This document shows, piece by piece, positions 49,370 through 59,069 of a DNA stretch of 64,000 nt; position 1 is the stretch's first letter; each line of letters begins with the position of its first letter. Source of the stretch: an uncultured Thermoproteaceae archaeon (GTDB taxonomy: Archaea; Thermoproteota; Thermoprotei; Thermoproteales; Thermocladiaceae); contig CAZNTG010000007.1 in the NCBI GenBank assembly GCA_964575955.1, positions 1-64,000 of the forward strand. The letters run 5' to 3'. The notes below the pieces were generated by a model, which ran no database searches, was not told the DNA's origin, and saw only the letters and a list, made by a program, of their open reading frames with translations. Made by a program: the position numbers and the translations under genes.

Positions 49370-50838
49370 CTCATAGGTCTATCAATTTCGATTATCTTTG
49401 AAATTCTTTCAATCGCATCTTTAAGCACTTCATCTATCTTTATAGAACTTGCTATAGGAGCTACTTCAAAACTACATCGATGCACATGAGCTCCTACGTG
49501 AACTAATTGGCGCAAGATTTCGTTCCATTCGTAGGTCTTGAATGCAAATATTGCAACATAGTACTTCCCTTTGCCCACTGGTATTATAGTAAACCTTATA
49601 GGGGACTTTCTACGTAGCTTAAGATCTCGCTTACTGTCACCCAGGAAGTAGTAACCAGTAGGGATCCTTACTTTGTTTCTTTCTACTTCTACCCTCACTA
49701 GGTCAATTAGCTCTCGCACTTTCATGTCATCTGCCTGAATAGAATTTTTTATTTTGTTAATTGCGTTTTGTAGTTCTCTTTTGACGCTGTCCTCCCTCCT
49801 TGAGTCGGACAATATAAGTGGCTCCTGCGAGCGTGGTAAACCTAGAATCCATGTGTGATAATTCTTCCCTGCAATATTTCGAGCTTCTCTTAGAGCCTTG
49901 CCAAAGCTTAGCCCTTGTCTTCTAACGTCCAATGCTTTCCAGTAGCTTTTCAGGGTGGCATGTCCCAGGGTTACCAGTATATCCTTAACATTTCTGAATT
50001 CTCTTCTAGGCACATGGATAATCATTAATTTGTCTACTAGTGCGATCTCAACTATGGGATTATCCTTTGAGACTCCTTCAAGGTATTTACCAACATACCT
50101 GTCAAATGATTCAAGTGACCTTAACACTTCTTTTGCGTGGGAAACGCCTTCCCTGATAATTTCCTTCAGACAATCTCTCACATGCTCTGGTGATGTTGAA
50201 CTATATAGCCTACTAATAATGTTATTTGGCTTTTCAAGTTTGTCCACATTTAAGATTCTGAATTTACCAAATCCTCTTGAAGTAGCTTTGCCGATACCAT
50301 CAAACAGTAATGCTATGATTAAGGACCAAACAGCAAATTTGTCCTCGGTATGTGTAGTCTTTCTATTCCTCAGAATGGCAACTGTAAAACGTGTTCCTTC
50401 CGCGATAGCTTTATCGTAGAACCTTCTGAGTAGCTTAATTCGCGGAACCTCTCCATAGGTTCTATCACAAATTTCAATGCCTTCACACACTTTGGCCGAG
50501 TTTAAGGGTTCCACGAGAATAGAGTACTTTGATTGTCCTTCATTACTGCCTGATCCTCCGAGAATTTTACTTACAAGCTTGTCAAGACATGTAAGATCTG
50601 TACAAATGTTGTAGTCTTCTTTCAATGCTGCCGCGATAAGCGCTCTAGCCCACCAACGCCAGACCCCCTTGATGGAGGATTCTCTCAAACTCTCGTATCC
50701 AAGGTCATTGTGATAACGTCTGGCATCATAACCTCCAATTAACAGAGGGGTGATGACTTCAAGCTCTATACGACATATGGTGTCTGCGTCTAAAAGCTGT
50801 TGCTGTAAGTCCCTGTATATATCTTCACTAGAACACAT
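49366..50838 (-). CDS. cmr1: Cmr1 RAMP
   Basis: ITPLLIGG, R.SSIKGVWRWWAR, GIGKATSRGFG, LGLP, RRKSP. Confidence 0.93.
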   Translation of the reverse strand: MCSSEDIYRDLQQQLLDADTICRIELEVITPLLIGGYDARRYHNDLGYESLRESSIKGVWRWWARALIAAALKEDYNICTDLTCLDKLVSKILGGSGSNEGQSKYSILVEPLNSAKVCEGIEICDRTYGEVPRIKLLRRFYDKAIAEGTRFTVAILRNRKTTHTEDKFAVWSLIIALLFDGIGKATSRGFGKFRILNVDKLEKPNNIISRLYSSTSPEHVRDCLKEIIREGVSHAKEVLRSLESFDRYVGKYLEGVSKDNPIVEIALVDKLMIIHVPRREFRNVKDILVTLGHATLKSYWKALDVRRQGLSFGKALREARNIAGKNYHTWILGLPRSQEPLILSDSRREDSVKRELQNAINKIKNSIQADDMKVRELIDLVRVEVERNKVRIPTGYYFLGDSKRDLKLRRKSPIRFTIIPVGKGKYYVAIFAFKTYEWNEILRQLVHVGAHVHRCSFEVAPIASSIKIDEVLKDAIERISKIIEIDRPMR

Positions 50839-50840
50839 AT

Positions 50841-51230
50841 CTACCCACTCCTAGCTCTCCATGTAGCCTCACAGAGACGTTTAAACTCTATTAAAAACGG
50901 ACGTAGTAACTGCACTATGATAGTAGACTTCGGGTGTATCTCGTTGAGTATTCCATCGGGATTACTGAATGCGTCATTCGGATCCTTTGTGATTACTTGC
51001 AAGTCCTTTAAGTATCTTAGCATAGCCTTAACATAGAGTTCGTAAGACTTATTCTCCTTAGCTTTGGCAAAACAGAAGCTTAATGCAGGTATTAGCCCTA
51101 GTTCCTCTATTAGCTCTGGTATCTGTCTTGCCCTCGTTCTCAGTTCTGATCCTAGTTCTTCGTTTGGCCCGACTTCTTGTTTTATCTCCATGAATATCCT
51201 AATAGCTTCTCCTAAGGGATCAAGCTTCAT
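50841..51230 (-). CDS. cmr5: Cmr5 (Cas11) small subunit
   Basis: ARQIPELI...GL..ALSF..AK, C-terminal KRLCEA; position between cmr4 and cmr1. Confidence 0.9.
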   Translation of the reverse strand: MKLDPLGEAIRIFMEIKQEVGPNEELGSELRTRARQIPELIEELGLIPALSFCFAKAKENKSYELYVKAMLRYLKDLQVITKDPNDAFSNPDGILNEIHPKSTIIVQLLRPFLIEFKRLCEATWRARSG

Positions 51231-51256
51231 ACCACGCTCGGCCTAGTGATATACTA

Positions 51257-52390
51257 TTAACCTAGCAACATTAACTTTACCGCTCCTTTTCCTATTGTCT
51301 CGTGTCCCCCAACTATAAGGTAATTCCTCAAATGTTGTTCTATGATTTCTTTGAATGCTTTTCTTAGTTCTTTTACAATCTCCTCGTTGGCCTTAATATA
51401 ATCTCCACTATGGATTAGTTTCATGATTTCATTCTTATCTTTCAGTAGTCCCAGCTTGTTGAGAGACTCTACATAGTCTTCGGCACTAATTTCCCCTTCC
51501 TTTTTGTTTAGTATGCTTCTTACATAGCTTTCACTCAGGGGAGGTCGCTTGTACAGTATCAATGTATGAAGTCTGGCTTTCGTGGGTAAATACTCTTCCG
51601 TCCAGGGTCCTGCTTCAACGGTCTTTGTATCCTTTCTAAGCCTTACACGTGTAAGTCTTATGATGCCTCTATCAATAACGTACCTAGCAGTCTCATCATG
51701 CAGCACGAGCAGCGGCCTATCAAGTCCCAGTACATTTAGTATGTTCCTATCCTTATCTTCGCTTTTTGGTTTAACTAAAACTTCCTCTATAAGAATTATT
51801 GGCTCTCCTTCAAGTTTTTCTATGCGAAGACCACTACAATCTCCTACACATATACACTCATCTTCTTTCAAATCTTCCGCCTGTTCTAAAAGTTTCTTCA
51901 TTCTGTCTCTAAGCATCACGACCTTACTTTCTAAGCTGGCTTGTCTTTCACTAGCTCCTTGATGTTTATTAGAGAATTCAGTAACAAGTTCTACTCTCTC
52001 CACAAATCTCTTTAACAATAGTGGCGACGTCACATACGCGTAAATACCTCTTAAGCTTCTCACAGGCATAGTCAGAAGATATGCGTCAAGTATGGCAATG
52101 CTCGACTCAAAGGTCTCTCCGCTTTCTGGTTCAGGTCCTAGAAGTGTCATTACTGCCTTACGTGCCTTCTCATAGTCGCCATTGTATTCCTTAGCGAATG
52201 CGTACAACAATGCTGTCTTTAAAGCTCCCTTAATACTTGAACTGTAGATACATGGATATTCATACTCGTCTCTCTGAATAGGAAGGTCAACTATGCCTCC
52301 AAATCTACCCGCGCCGCAGTGTACGTTTGTGACCGCGATTATTAGAGCAACATCAACTTCAAGGTATATAGCAGGTATTTTAAAGGCCAA
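51257..52390 (-). CDS. cmr4: Cmr4 (Cas7) RAMP backbone nuclease
   Basis: H.GAG....VDLPIQRD (catalytic Asp present), SSIKGAL, PVRS, WTEEYLP, VGGHETIGKG. Confidence 0.95.
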   Translation of the reverse strand: MAFKIPAIYLEVDVALIIAVTNVHCGAGRFGGIVDLPIQRDEYEYPCIYSSSIKGALKTALLYAFAKEYNGDYEKARKAVMTLLGPEPESGETFESSIAILDAYLLTMPVRSLRGIYAYVTSPLLLKRFVERVELVTEFSNKHQGASERQASLESKVVMLRDRMKKLLEQAEDLKEDECICVGDCSGLRIEKLEGEPIILIEEVLVKPKSEDKDRNILNVLGLDRPLLVLHDETARYVIDRGIIRLTRVRLRKDTKTVEAGPWTEEYLPTKARLHTLILYKRPPLSESYVRSILNKKEGEISAEDYVESLNKLGLLKDKNEIMKLIHSGDYIKANEEIVKELRKAFKEIIEQHLRNYLIVGGHETIGKGAVKLMLLG

Positions 52391-52544
52391 GACTTGCCAC
52401 CCGGCTATCCTTATTTGGTTTCGAATTTACAACCTTATCTCCCTATCCTGAAAATAATGCAGCTTTCTAACATCACCTTAATTTTAGAAGACGAGAAACT
52501 TCATATGAAAATACTAATGAGATAGAGATATTTCAAGAAAACTA

Positions 52545-52874
52545 CTAATAGTATCTTTCATTCTCTAGGTATTTGACGAAGTCGTATATCAGATCCTCGT
52601 CTATGTCGCATATGTCTTCTACACCCTGTTCATGTAGGTATGTTAGGAAGTTTCTGAGCTTGGGAAGGTACGTGTATATTGTTATGTCCTTGACACCTGT
52701 CCTCCTGCAATACAGGATGAACTTCCTGACTAGGTCACGAAATCTCTCAGGTACCTCGGATAAGTGAGTACTAAGCCACATCTCAACATCGTGATGGTAA
52801 ATTCTAACATACTCCTGCCTATCGTCAACAGTCACAGTGAGAGATGACTTATAAAGACGTTGAGAACTCTTCAC
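52545..52874 (-). pseudogene. tyrosine-integrase core-binding (SAM-like) domain fragment
   Basis: F..Y...G....T...Y...L..FL.YL.......I.DID...I..F..YL pattern; no catalytic R-HxxR-Y domain follows. Confidence 0.75.
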
Positions 52875-52882
52875 TTCGTCAA

Positions 52883-52931
52883 TCAGCGCTTTGGACCTTC
52901 TTCATTTTTCTGAGGCTACCTTTCTCATCAC
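52883..52931 (-). ncRNA. box C/D guide sRNA (D guide: tRNA-Gln(UUG) anticodon loop)
   Basis: Minus strand GTGATGA-GAAAGGTAGCCT-CAGA-AAA-ATGAAGA-AGGTCCAAAGCG-CTGA. Confidence 0.88.
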
Positions 52932-52940
52932 TTGTGTTTT

Positions 52941-54212
52941 TCATGTTTTTACTGTTTTGTAAGTTTTTTCTTTTGTGAATTCTTTTTCTATGTTTTGTAT
53001 TATTTCTATTAATATTTGTTTTATCTTTTGTGTATCTTGTTGTATATTTTCCTCTAGCGTTTTTATTATTGGTCTTACTATTTTTGATGTTATACTTCTA
53101 ATTACTATGTCTAGTTTCTCTATCTGTCTATCTTCTACTAATCCTTCTTTTACAGCTTTTTCTAATTCTTTTCTAGCTATGTTGTATGCAAATTCTACAT
53201 ATTTTCCTACTAGTTTCTTAAGTTCTTTTTTCTCTATTTCAATACTTATGTTTTTAAGTTCTTGTTTTAACATCTCTTCTACCTTCTTAACTTCTTCTAA
53301 TTTATCTCTATTATATTTTTCTGCGAGTTTTATAAGATCTTCAAAATATATTACTGGTGCTTCAATATCTTTTTCTACAAGTCTTGGAACTCCTAGATCT
53401 ATTATTAGTGGCTTTTTTCTTAATTTTTTAATAATTTCTTTTGTTATTATTGGCTTTTCTGATGATATTGCTAGTATAGTTACGTCTGAATTTTCCATAT
53501 ATCTTATCAATGTGTCTATATCAAGTTTATCATATTTATAGCCTAATTTTTCTGCTATTTGTCTAGCTTTATCTATAGTTCTATTTAGTATTACTACATT
53601 TCTAGAATTTTTATCATATAATTCTTTAGCTATTGTTGATCCTAGATCACCAGCACCTACGATAAGTATTTTAGTGTTTTCTAAATCTTCGTAGAGTCTT
53701 TTTAATAGTTGTACTATTAATGATCCAAAACCATGTATTCCTCTTGATATTCCTGTTACTGTTCTTACATATTTTCCAAATCTTATAGATCTTTCAATTA
53801 TTAGCTTAAGTATATCTCTAATATATCTATTTCTCAATGCGTAATCGTAAGCTTTCTCTAATTGTCCTAAAACATCACATTCTCCAATTATTGCTGAGTC
53901 AAGACCAGCAGCTACTTTGAGAATATGTTCTACAACTTCCAGACCTTTGAAGATTTTGAAATATTTTAAATATTCTTCATTTCTATATACTTCACATATT
54001 ATGTCTTTATATGTGTAATCTATATTATCTCTAGAATATGTGTAATATTCTACTCTATGACATGTCTGTAGTATAAATAGTTCATCTATGTTAAATTTTT
54101 GCAATATTTTTCTATATGTGTCTTCGATATCTGTGTATAGTTTTGATAGTTCATCAGTATTTAACCATCTGTGTGTTGCTGCTATTAGTACAAGATTTTC
54201 AAGATATGACAT
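52941..54212 (-). CDS. hemA: glutamyl-tRNA reductase
   Basis: LQTCHRVE, AAGLDSAIIGE..VLGQ, VGAG..G, NRT, IDLGVPR. Confidence 0.95.
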   Translation of the reverse strand: MSYLENLVLIAATHRWLNTDELSKLYTDIEDTYRKILQKFNIDELFILQTCHRVEYYTYSRDNIDYTYKDIICEVYRNEEYLKYFKIFKGLEVVEHILKVAAGLDSAIIGECDVLGQLEKAYDYALRNRYIRDILKLIIERSIRFGKYVRTVTGISRGIHGFGSLIVQLLKRLYEDLENTKILIVGAGDLGSTIAKELYDKNSRNVVILNRTIDKARQIAEKLGYKYDKLDIDTLIRYMENSDVTILAISSEKPIITKEIIKKLRKKPLIIDLGVPRLVEKDIEAPVIYFEDLIKLAEKYNRDKLEEVKKVEEMLKQELKNISIEIEKKELKKLVGKYVEFAYNIARKELEKAVKEGLVEDRQIEKLDIVIRSITSKIVRPIIKTLEENIQQDTQKIKQILIEIIQNIEKEFTKEKTYKTVKT

Positions 54213-54263
54213 CTCTCACATTTAGCACATTGTTAGATATATGAAAAAGTTACTGTATGTCTA

Positions 54264-54312
54264 TCAGCTTGAAAAGAACTTCATCATTTTCAGTAAGAGC
54301 CTGATTCATCAC
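54264..54312 (-). ncRNA. box C/D guide sRNA (probably 23S rRNA domain I)
   Basis: Minus strand GTGATGA-ATCAGGCTCTTA-CTGA-AA-ATGATGA-AGTTCTTTTCAAG-CTGA; guides match recalled 23S AAGAGCCTGA and TGAAAAGAAC; box C overlaps the rpl22 stop. Confidence 0.9.
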
Positions 54313-54875
54313 TTAAATGGTACTAGTTTAATCCTCTTTGGAACATTGTCTGGTGGTAATTCTACACCTACAAGCTCTATATGTACTGTATCTTGTACCC
54401 ATGGTGTTGATCTTCCAAATGCTCTAGGCATGTAATTCCATATTTTCCTACCTTTATGTGTTGCTGCATGTACTATAACGACTCTATCAACATTCAACCC
54501 CTTATAGACTGCATTATTTTCAAGATTGTGTAATACTTCTAGAAATGCTTTAGCAACTTTAACAGGCCACTTAGCTACAGGCCATCCAGACCATGGAGTT
54601 CTATGGTGAGCTTGCTTCTTTATAAATGTCCTAATTGGTATTGGCATCTTAAGCTTAACTACCTGTTCAAGATACCACTCAGCCTGCTTTATAGTCATGT
54701 ACTTTATAAATCTAGCAGTTTCAATAGCCTTCTTCCAACTAATCCTATATTCACGACCAGCAGCTTTAACAATCTGATCTTCTGTAATCTTAACTCCAAA
54801 CTTTCTAAATGTCAAATCTATAATATCCTCATCTGTAACAGACCAATGCCATCTAGACATTACAGCACTAGTCAC
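54309..54875 (-). CDS. rpl22: 50S ribosomal protein uL22
   Basis: ISWKKA.E, WPVK.A, NLENNA..KGL, PRAFGR; start may be 54860. Confidence 0.95.
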   Translation of the reverse strand: MTSAVMSRWHWSVTDEDIIDLTFRKFGVKITEDQIVKAAGREYRISWKKAIETARFIKYMTIKQAEWYLEQVVKLKMPIPIRTFIKKQAHHRTPWSGWPVAKWPVKVAKAFLEVLHNLENNAVYKGLNVDRVVIVHAATHKGRKIWNYMPRAFGRSTPWVQDTVHIELVGVELPPDNVPKRIKLVPFK

Positions 54876-54904
54876 ATATGTGACTATATAAATATTTCCA
54901 ACAT

Positions 54905-55219
54905 ATGACTACTATGAGAAAGCTTGTGAGAGATAAGATACCTCAAATACTTGAGAGAGAAGGTAAGAAGTTTAGAATTGTTAAATATGTTAAAGATAAA
55001 GAAGAACTTCTTAAACTACTGCTAGATAAGCTTGTTGAGGAAGTTTACGAGTTTATTAAAAATCCATCTATTGAAGAAGCTGCAGATATTTTAGAAGTTT
55101 TAGAAAGTATTTTAAAAATTAGAGGATATTCTCTTAAAGATGTTCTAGATGTTAAAGAAGTTAAGAGAATTGAGAGAGGTGGTTTTGATGAAGGTATTGT
55201 AGTTGAAATTTTTGAATAA
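54905..55219 (+). CDS. all-alpha NTP pyrophosphohydrolase (MazG/PRA-PH-like)
   Basis: [31 protein letters not shown]. Confidence 0.88.
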   Translation: MTTMRKLVRDKIPQILEREGKKFRIVKYVKDKEELLKLLLDKLVEEVYEFIKNPSIEEAADILEVLESILKIRGYSLKDVLDVKEVKRIERGGFDEGIVVEIFE

Positions 55220-55221
55220 TA

Positions 55222-56307
55222 CTATTCAAGTCTTCCCTTATCTAGTAGAGACATTACATCATCAATATGTATTAATCCAAAACCTATTACATAATCTGCA
55301 GCACCATAAACTATCAATAGTTCATTCTTACTTACTCTAGCTAATCCACATGGAAATACTACAAATGGTCTATCACCATATACTTCATACATCATTCTTG
55401 GTTCTAGTATGTAGTATGGTGTTACTGCTATTGGTCTAAGTCCTGTATCTTTATCATATCTTAACAATGCTGCAAATGCTCTATAACCTTCAATTTCACG
55501 ATCAACACCGTGAACAATAACTAGATACTCATTCTCACTAACTTTAACAGGTGGTGTACACCACCCTAACTTATACTCAAATTTTGCTGGTTCCATAACA
55601 ACTTTAGTATTTCTAACTTCAATTTCTCTAAATGAGTTACCTGGAACTATCATTGATCTAGGTACTTGACTAGCAGTTAGATAATGAATCTCATTCATCA
55701 TATGTGGTCTATGTAGTAGATATACCCATTCAGGTTCACCAACATCTAGAATTACTGCATCTTTATCACTTATAGTTAACTCTCTAAGTCCTCTTCTAAG
55801 TACGAACACTCCAATCTTTGTACATCTTCTATAATCTTGACAACATGCAAGTACTGGTAGTGTACGTTCTCTTCTAATTGATGGATTGAAATAGCTTATA
55901 GTACGTCCTGAATATATCATACATATCCTACCATCAACTTCCTGAACTCTAGGATCTTCAGTACCCCAAATATCATATTTGACAGATGGGTATACAACTA
56001 TAGTTGCAGGATAATGTGAGAAACTTACAGCACCTGTAAGAACATCATCTAGAGGAATTTCTAGAAGAGCTATAGCACTAACATACATGTAATAGCCAAG
56101 TATTATTCTTGCATATATCATCACAATATTAGAAGCTTCATCAATTATGCAAGATGCATTAAATGCAGATACAGGTGTAGCAATTGGATAATTTTTCAAA
56201 TGTATATGATGTGGAGGAATAACACCTAACCTCCTAACAATATCTACAGACTTAAACTCACGAACTTCACATGCAGCATCAGCATTTACACATTTTTCAA
56301 ACACCAT
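55222..56307 (-). CDS. GH130-family glycosidase/phosphorylase
   Basis: FNAS, EDPRV, KDA, HRP, HGV, VVFPCG, YGAAD. Confidence 0.88.
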   Translation of the reverse strand: MVFEKCVNADAACEVREFKSVDIVRRLGVIPPHHIHLKNYPIATPVSAFNASCIIDEASNIVMIYARIILGYYMYVSAIALLEIPLDDVLTGAVSFSHYPATIVVYPSVKYDIWGTEDPRVQEVDGRICMIYSGRTISYFNPSIRRERTLPVLACCQDYRRCTKIGVFVLRRGLRELTISDKDAVILDVGEPEWVYLLHRPHMMNEIHYLTASQVPRSMIVPGNSFREIEVRNTKVVMEPAKFEYKLGWCTPPVKVSENEYLVIVHGVDREIEGYRAFAALLRYDKDTGLRPIAVTPYYILEPRMMYEVYGDRPFVVFPCGLARVSKNELLIVYGAADYVIGFGLIHIDDVMSLLDKGRLE

Positions 56308-56422
56308 AACGTACTTAAAACCTAAGTTGAGTTAGGAGAAAAATAACACTTACTTAAGATATGAAAGACAGGAACATAGAGTAAGGTTTAAGAATAGTCA
56401 TGATATTTTTAGTACTCAGTAA

Positions 56423-56527
56423 GGGCCCGTAGCTCAGCAAGGCAGAGCGGCGGACAACCGCCGAGTGGGCGGTTGGCCGTAGCTCCAGACCCGTAGGTCC
56501 CGGGTTCAAATCCCGGCGGGCCCACCA
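56423..56527 (+). tRNA. tRNA-Trp(CCA) with a 28-nt intron at position 30/31 (56454..56481)
   Basis: Removing ACAACCGCCGAGTGGGCGGTTGGCCGTA gives stem GCGGG/CCCGT and loop CTCCAGA; strict BHB: GAG/CTC, helix CGGC/GCCG, bulges GG|A and TA|G, intron stem CAACCGCC/GGCGGTTG. Confidence 0.95.
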
Positions 56528-56528
56528 C

Positions 56529-56831
56529 TCATTCCTTGAGTTCTTCCTCTGTTTTTCTTCTCTTTACTGCTCTATCGAAGACTATCCAATTTCTATACCA
56601 TTCCTCATTTTCCTGTCTTAATTGTTCTAAGATCCATTTTGTCAATTCTTTGGCAGTAACTTCCTTCCTCTCTTCCATTATTATCTTTGCAAATATTTTA
56701 GTTGCTATTTTCCTAGCTATTTCAGGTGGTGCTCCTGCCTTTAGACAAGACATGACAATCTTCTCGTATATGAACGGTTCTCTTCTACCATCTCTCTTGA
56801 TAACTGTAGTTTCAGGAGTCCAAATTACCAT
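56529..56831 (-). CDS. stand-alone ATP-cone domain protein
   Basis: VIKRDGRREPF..EKI..S..KAG. Confidence 0.88.
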   Translation of the reverse strand: MVIWTPETTVIKRDGRREPFIYEKIVMSCLKAGAPPEIARKIATKIFAKIIMEERKEVTAKELTKWILEQLRQENEEWYRNWIVFDRAVKRRKTEEELKE

Positions 56832-56929
56832 GTATCAAAATTCTAGCTATGTATTATTAAAGTCTTTTGTCTATCATTAATATGTTTTGAGACAATGTTA
56901 ATAGTCTCTACAATATTCAAATCTAATGT

Positions 56930-57385
56930 ATGAGTGGTGAAGTATGTAAAGTTGAAAAGCCTTTCGAATATGCTGAACATACTGCAGATGTTATGATAGT
57001 AGCATATGGATGTACTCTTGAAGAAGCTTTTAAAAATGCTGCATATGGATTTGCAGAATTTATATATGATACTTCAAAAGTAGAGAAGAAGAAATGTATT
57101 GAAATTAATATTGAGGGTATAGATCTAGAACAACTACTGTTTAATTGGATTGATGAACTATTATATAGGTTAGATGCTGAAAATTTTGCAATATCAAGTA
57201 TAGAAGATTTGAATATTAGTAATGTAGAAGATAGATATATACTAAAAGCTACCATATGTGGTGAAGATTATGATAAAAATAAGCATGGATTCAAAGGTAC
57301 GATAATTAAAGCAATGACATATCACATGATGAAGATAGAAAAGCAGGATTCTCTTTGGAGAGTACAGTATGTCGTAGATATATAG
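56930..57385 (+). CDS. archease (RtcB cofactor)
   Basis: EHTADV, LEEAF.NAA, IKAMTYH, terminal VDI. Confidence 0.95.
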   Translation: MSGEVCKVEKPFEYAEHTADVMIVAYGCTLEEAFKNAAYGFAEFIYDTSKVEKKKCIEINIEGIDLEQLLFNWIDELLYRLDAENFAISSIEDLNISNVEDRYILKATICGEDYDKNKHGFKGTIIKAMTYHMMKIEKQDSLWRVQYVVDI

Positions 57386-57434
57386 CGCTATGCATATAAA
57401 TTACTTGGAATGAGTAATTGTAAGTGCATCGTAT

Positions 57435-57809
57435 ATGTATGTGATATTGAGCATATATGACTACATAAGGATGTTGCAAAAATTTTATCATGAATACTCG
57501 TCATTTTATACTAGTCTAATATATATAGCATTCATAATCTTAGTACTGCTTGCTCTTGGAGTTGTACTTATAGGTACTAAGAGAGATGTTGTAAGTCTAG
57601 TACTTTACACAATTCTAGGAATAATATCTATGGGTATAGTTGCAGCAATATTCTATCCACCTTTCTTAAAATTTCTAATAGATTTATATAATAGTTTATG
57701 TTCTTTCTTCTCTAATCTTTATAGGTATCTTTCTACTTATCTTCATAGTCTCAGTTTTAGCAGGCAACTTCTCATAGTGTATATCTATCATATATGGCTC
57801 AACACCTGA
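57435..57809 (+). CDS. small membrane hypothetical protein
   Basis: Two or three hydrophobic segments; 3' end overlaps the convergent glycosyltransferase. Confidence 0.45.
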   Translation: MYVILSIYDYIRMLQKFYHEYSSFYTSLIYIAFIILVLLALGVVLIGTKRDVVSLVLYTILGIISMGIVAAIFYPPFLKFLIDLYNSLCSFFSNLYRYLSTYLHSLSFSRQLLIVYIYHIWLNT

Positions 57810-58970
57810 GTACAATCTTAGATGCATCTTTGCAACATTTATCCAGCTAGTCTCATATGCATACTGTATTAATGGTCTTATGTAGGTTAGAGTTTTCTCA
57901 TAGTTTGACAAGACTATACTCAACTTAGCTGCTAATGCTTCAGGATTTGCAGGTGGGAATGTAAGTCTTGGAGCAAGTTCATAACATTCTATTAATCTAG
58001 GAACTCTAGCACATACTATAGGCTTAAAACTTCCAAGAGCTAGATGAAATGCACCACTAACACCAATATCTCCCTTAACATCTATATATGGTAGTACTAT
58101 GACATCTGCTGCTGAGTAGATTAGATTTATCTCTCTACGAGTTAAATATTTTGACATTATTATAATCCTACCCTGCATATTTTTAGTAGATTTCATAAAA
58201 TCTTCAACATATTTCCTATTTTCTTCACCTTGAAGTTGTCCAGCAACTAGTAGTATAACATCTCTATGACCATGCTTATTTACTAGTAGGTCGAGTGCTC
58301 TTAATATTATATGAAGACCCTTATCTTTCCTTAAAAACCCCTGTATTAATATTACCTTGAAGTTGTTTGGAATATTTAAATTAAGTTCACGTATAGCATC
58401 TATCTTACTCACAATTTTCAATATACGTGTACCATGTGGTATTCTCACAATCTTATCAATACTAACTCCCTGATGTACTAACTCCATCTCCTGTAGTGAA
58501 CTATGTACAATTACTACATCTGCAATTTCACATATCTTTCTCTGAAATTCATGAATATTTTCATAATGTAGTACATGTCTAACTGTGTGGAGTGTTATTA
58601 TTAGCGTTGATGTGTATTTCTTAATATTTTTCAACATTTCTATAAAATCTGAACTCCATGGAAATAGAGAATATTCGTGTTGTATATGTATTATATCGAA
58701 ATATTTACGTTCTCTAATTTCATTAATAATCTTATCATAGTCTGGACAGCCTGCAAGACCTACATCAACAATATCTCCAATCTTATCTAACTCATACTCT
58801 TCAGGATTTGTATCACCTTCTCTAGTTCTTAAACGTAGTATTGTTATGTTTGTACGATGTGATATTTTTAGTATTGATGTAACTAGGTCATATGTGTATT
58901 CAGCAATACCACACTTAGCAGGAGGAAAAGTTGAAATATATGCAACCCTCATGTTAGGTATATCCCACAC
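57696..58970 (-). CDS. GT4 (GT-B) glycosyltransferase
   Basis: STFPP.KCGIA.Y, HIQHEY, TLH, IPHG, GFL..DKG, ADV.VLPY, SG. Confidence 0.9.
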   Translation of the reverse strand: MWDIPNMRVAYISTFPPAKCGIAEYTYDLVTSILKISHRTNITILRLRTREGDTNPEEYELDKIGDIVDVGLAGCPDYDKIINEIRERKYFDIIHIQHEYSLFPWSSDFIEMLKNIKKYTSTLIITLHTVRHVLHYENIHEFQRKICEIADVVIVHSSLQEMELVHQGVSIDKIVRIPHGTRILKIVSKIDAIRELNLNIPNNFKVILIQGFLRKDKGLHIILRALDLLVNKHGHRDVILLVAGQLQGEENRKYVEDFMKSTKNMQGRIIIMSKYLTRREINLIYSAADVIVLPYIDVKGDIGVSGAFHLALGSFKPIVCARVPRLIECYELAPRLTFPPANPEALAAKLSIVLSNYEKTLTYIRPLIQYAYETSWINVAKMHLRLYSGVEPYMIDIHYEKLPAKTETMKISRKIPIKIREERT

Positions 58971-59069
58971 ATTATTAAGAACCTTTCTGACCTGATAATT
59001 GATAACTAAGTACCAGTATTGTGATAATTAGGAATATTTATAAGTATGTTCACATACAGTTAAAATGCA

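Larger units (their letters stand above)
41860..52880. mobile_element. laterally acquired GC-richer island carrying a type III-B effector cassette and an integrase remnant
   Basis: Spot counts: 26/60 GC in line 45661 vs 15/60 in line 53041; truncated gene at left edge, integrase fragment at right edge; no att repeat found by eye. Confidence 0.7.

Noticed and set aside
52391-52544. Possible CRISPR leader/array upstream of cmr4
   Set aside because: AT-rich but no repeats; more simply a promoter region
3436-57385. tRNA splicing/repair cluster (kptA, archease, intron-containing tRNA)
   Set aside because: Common archaeal genes, far apart and not co-transcribed
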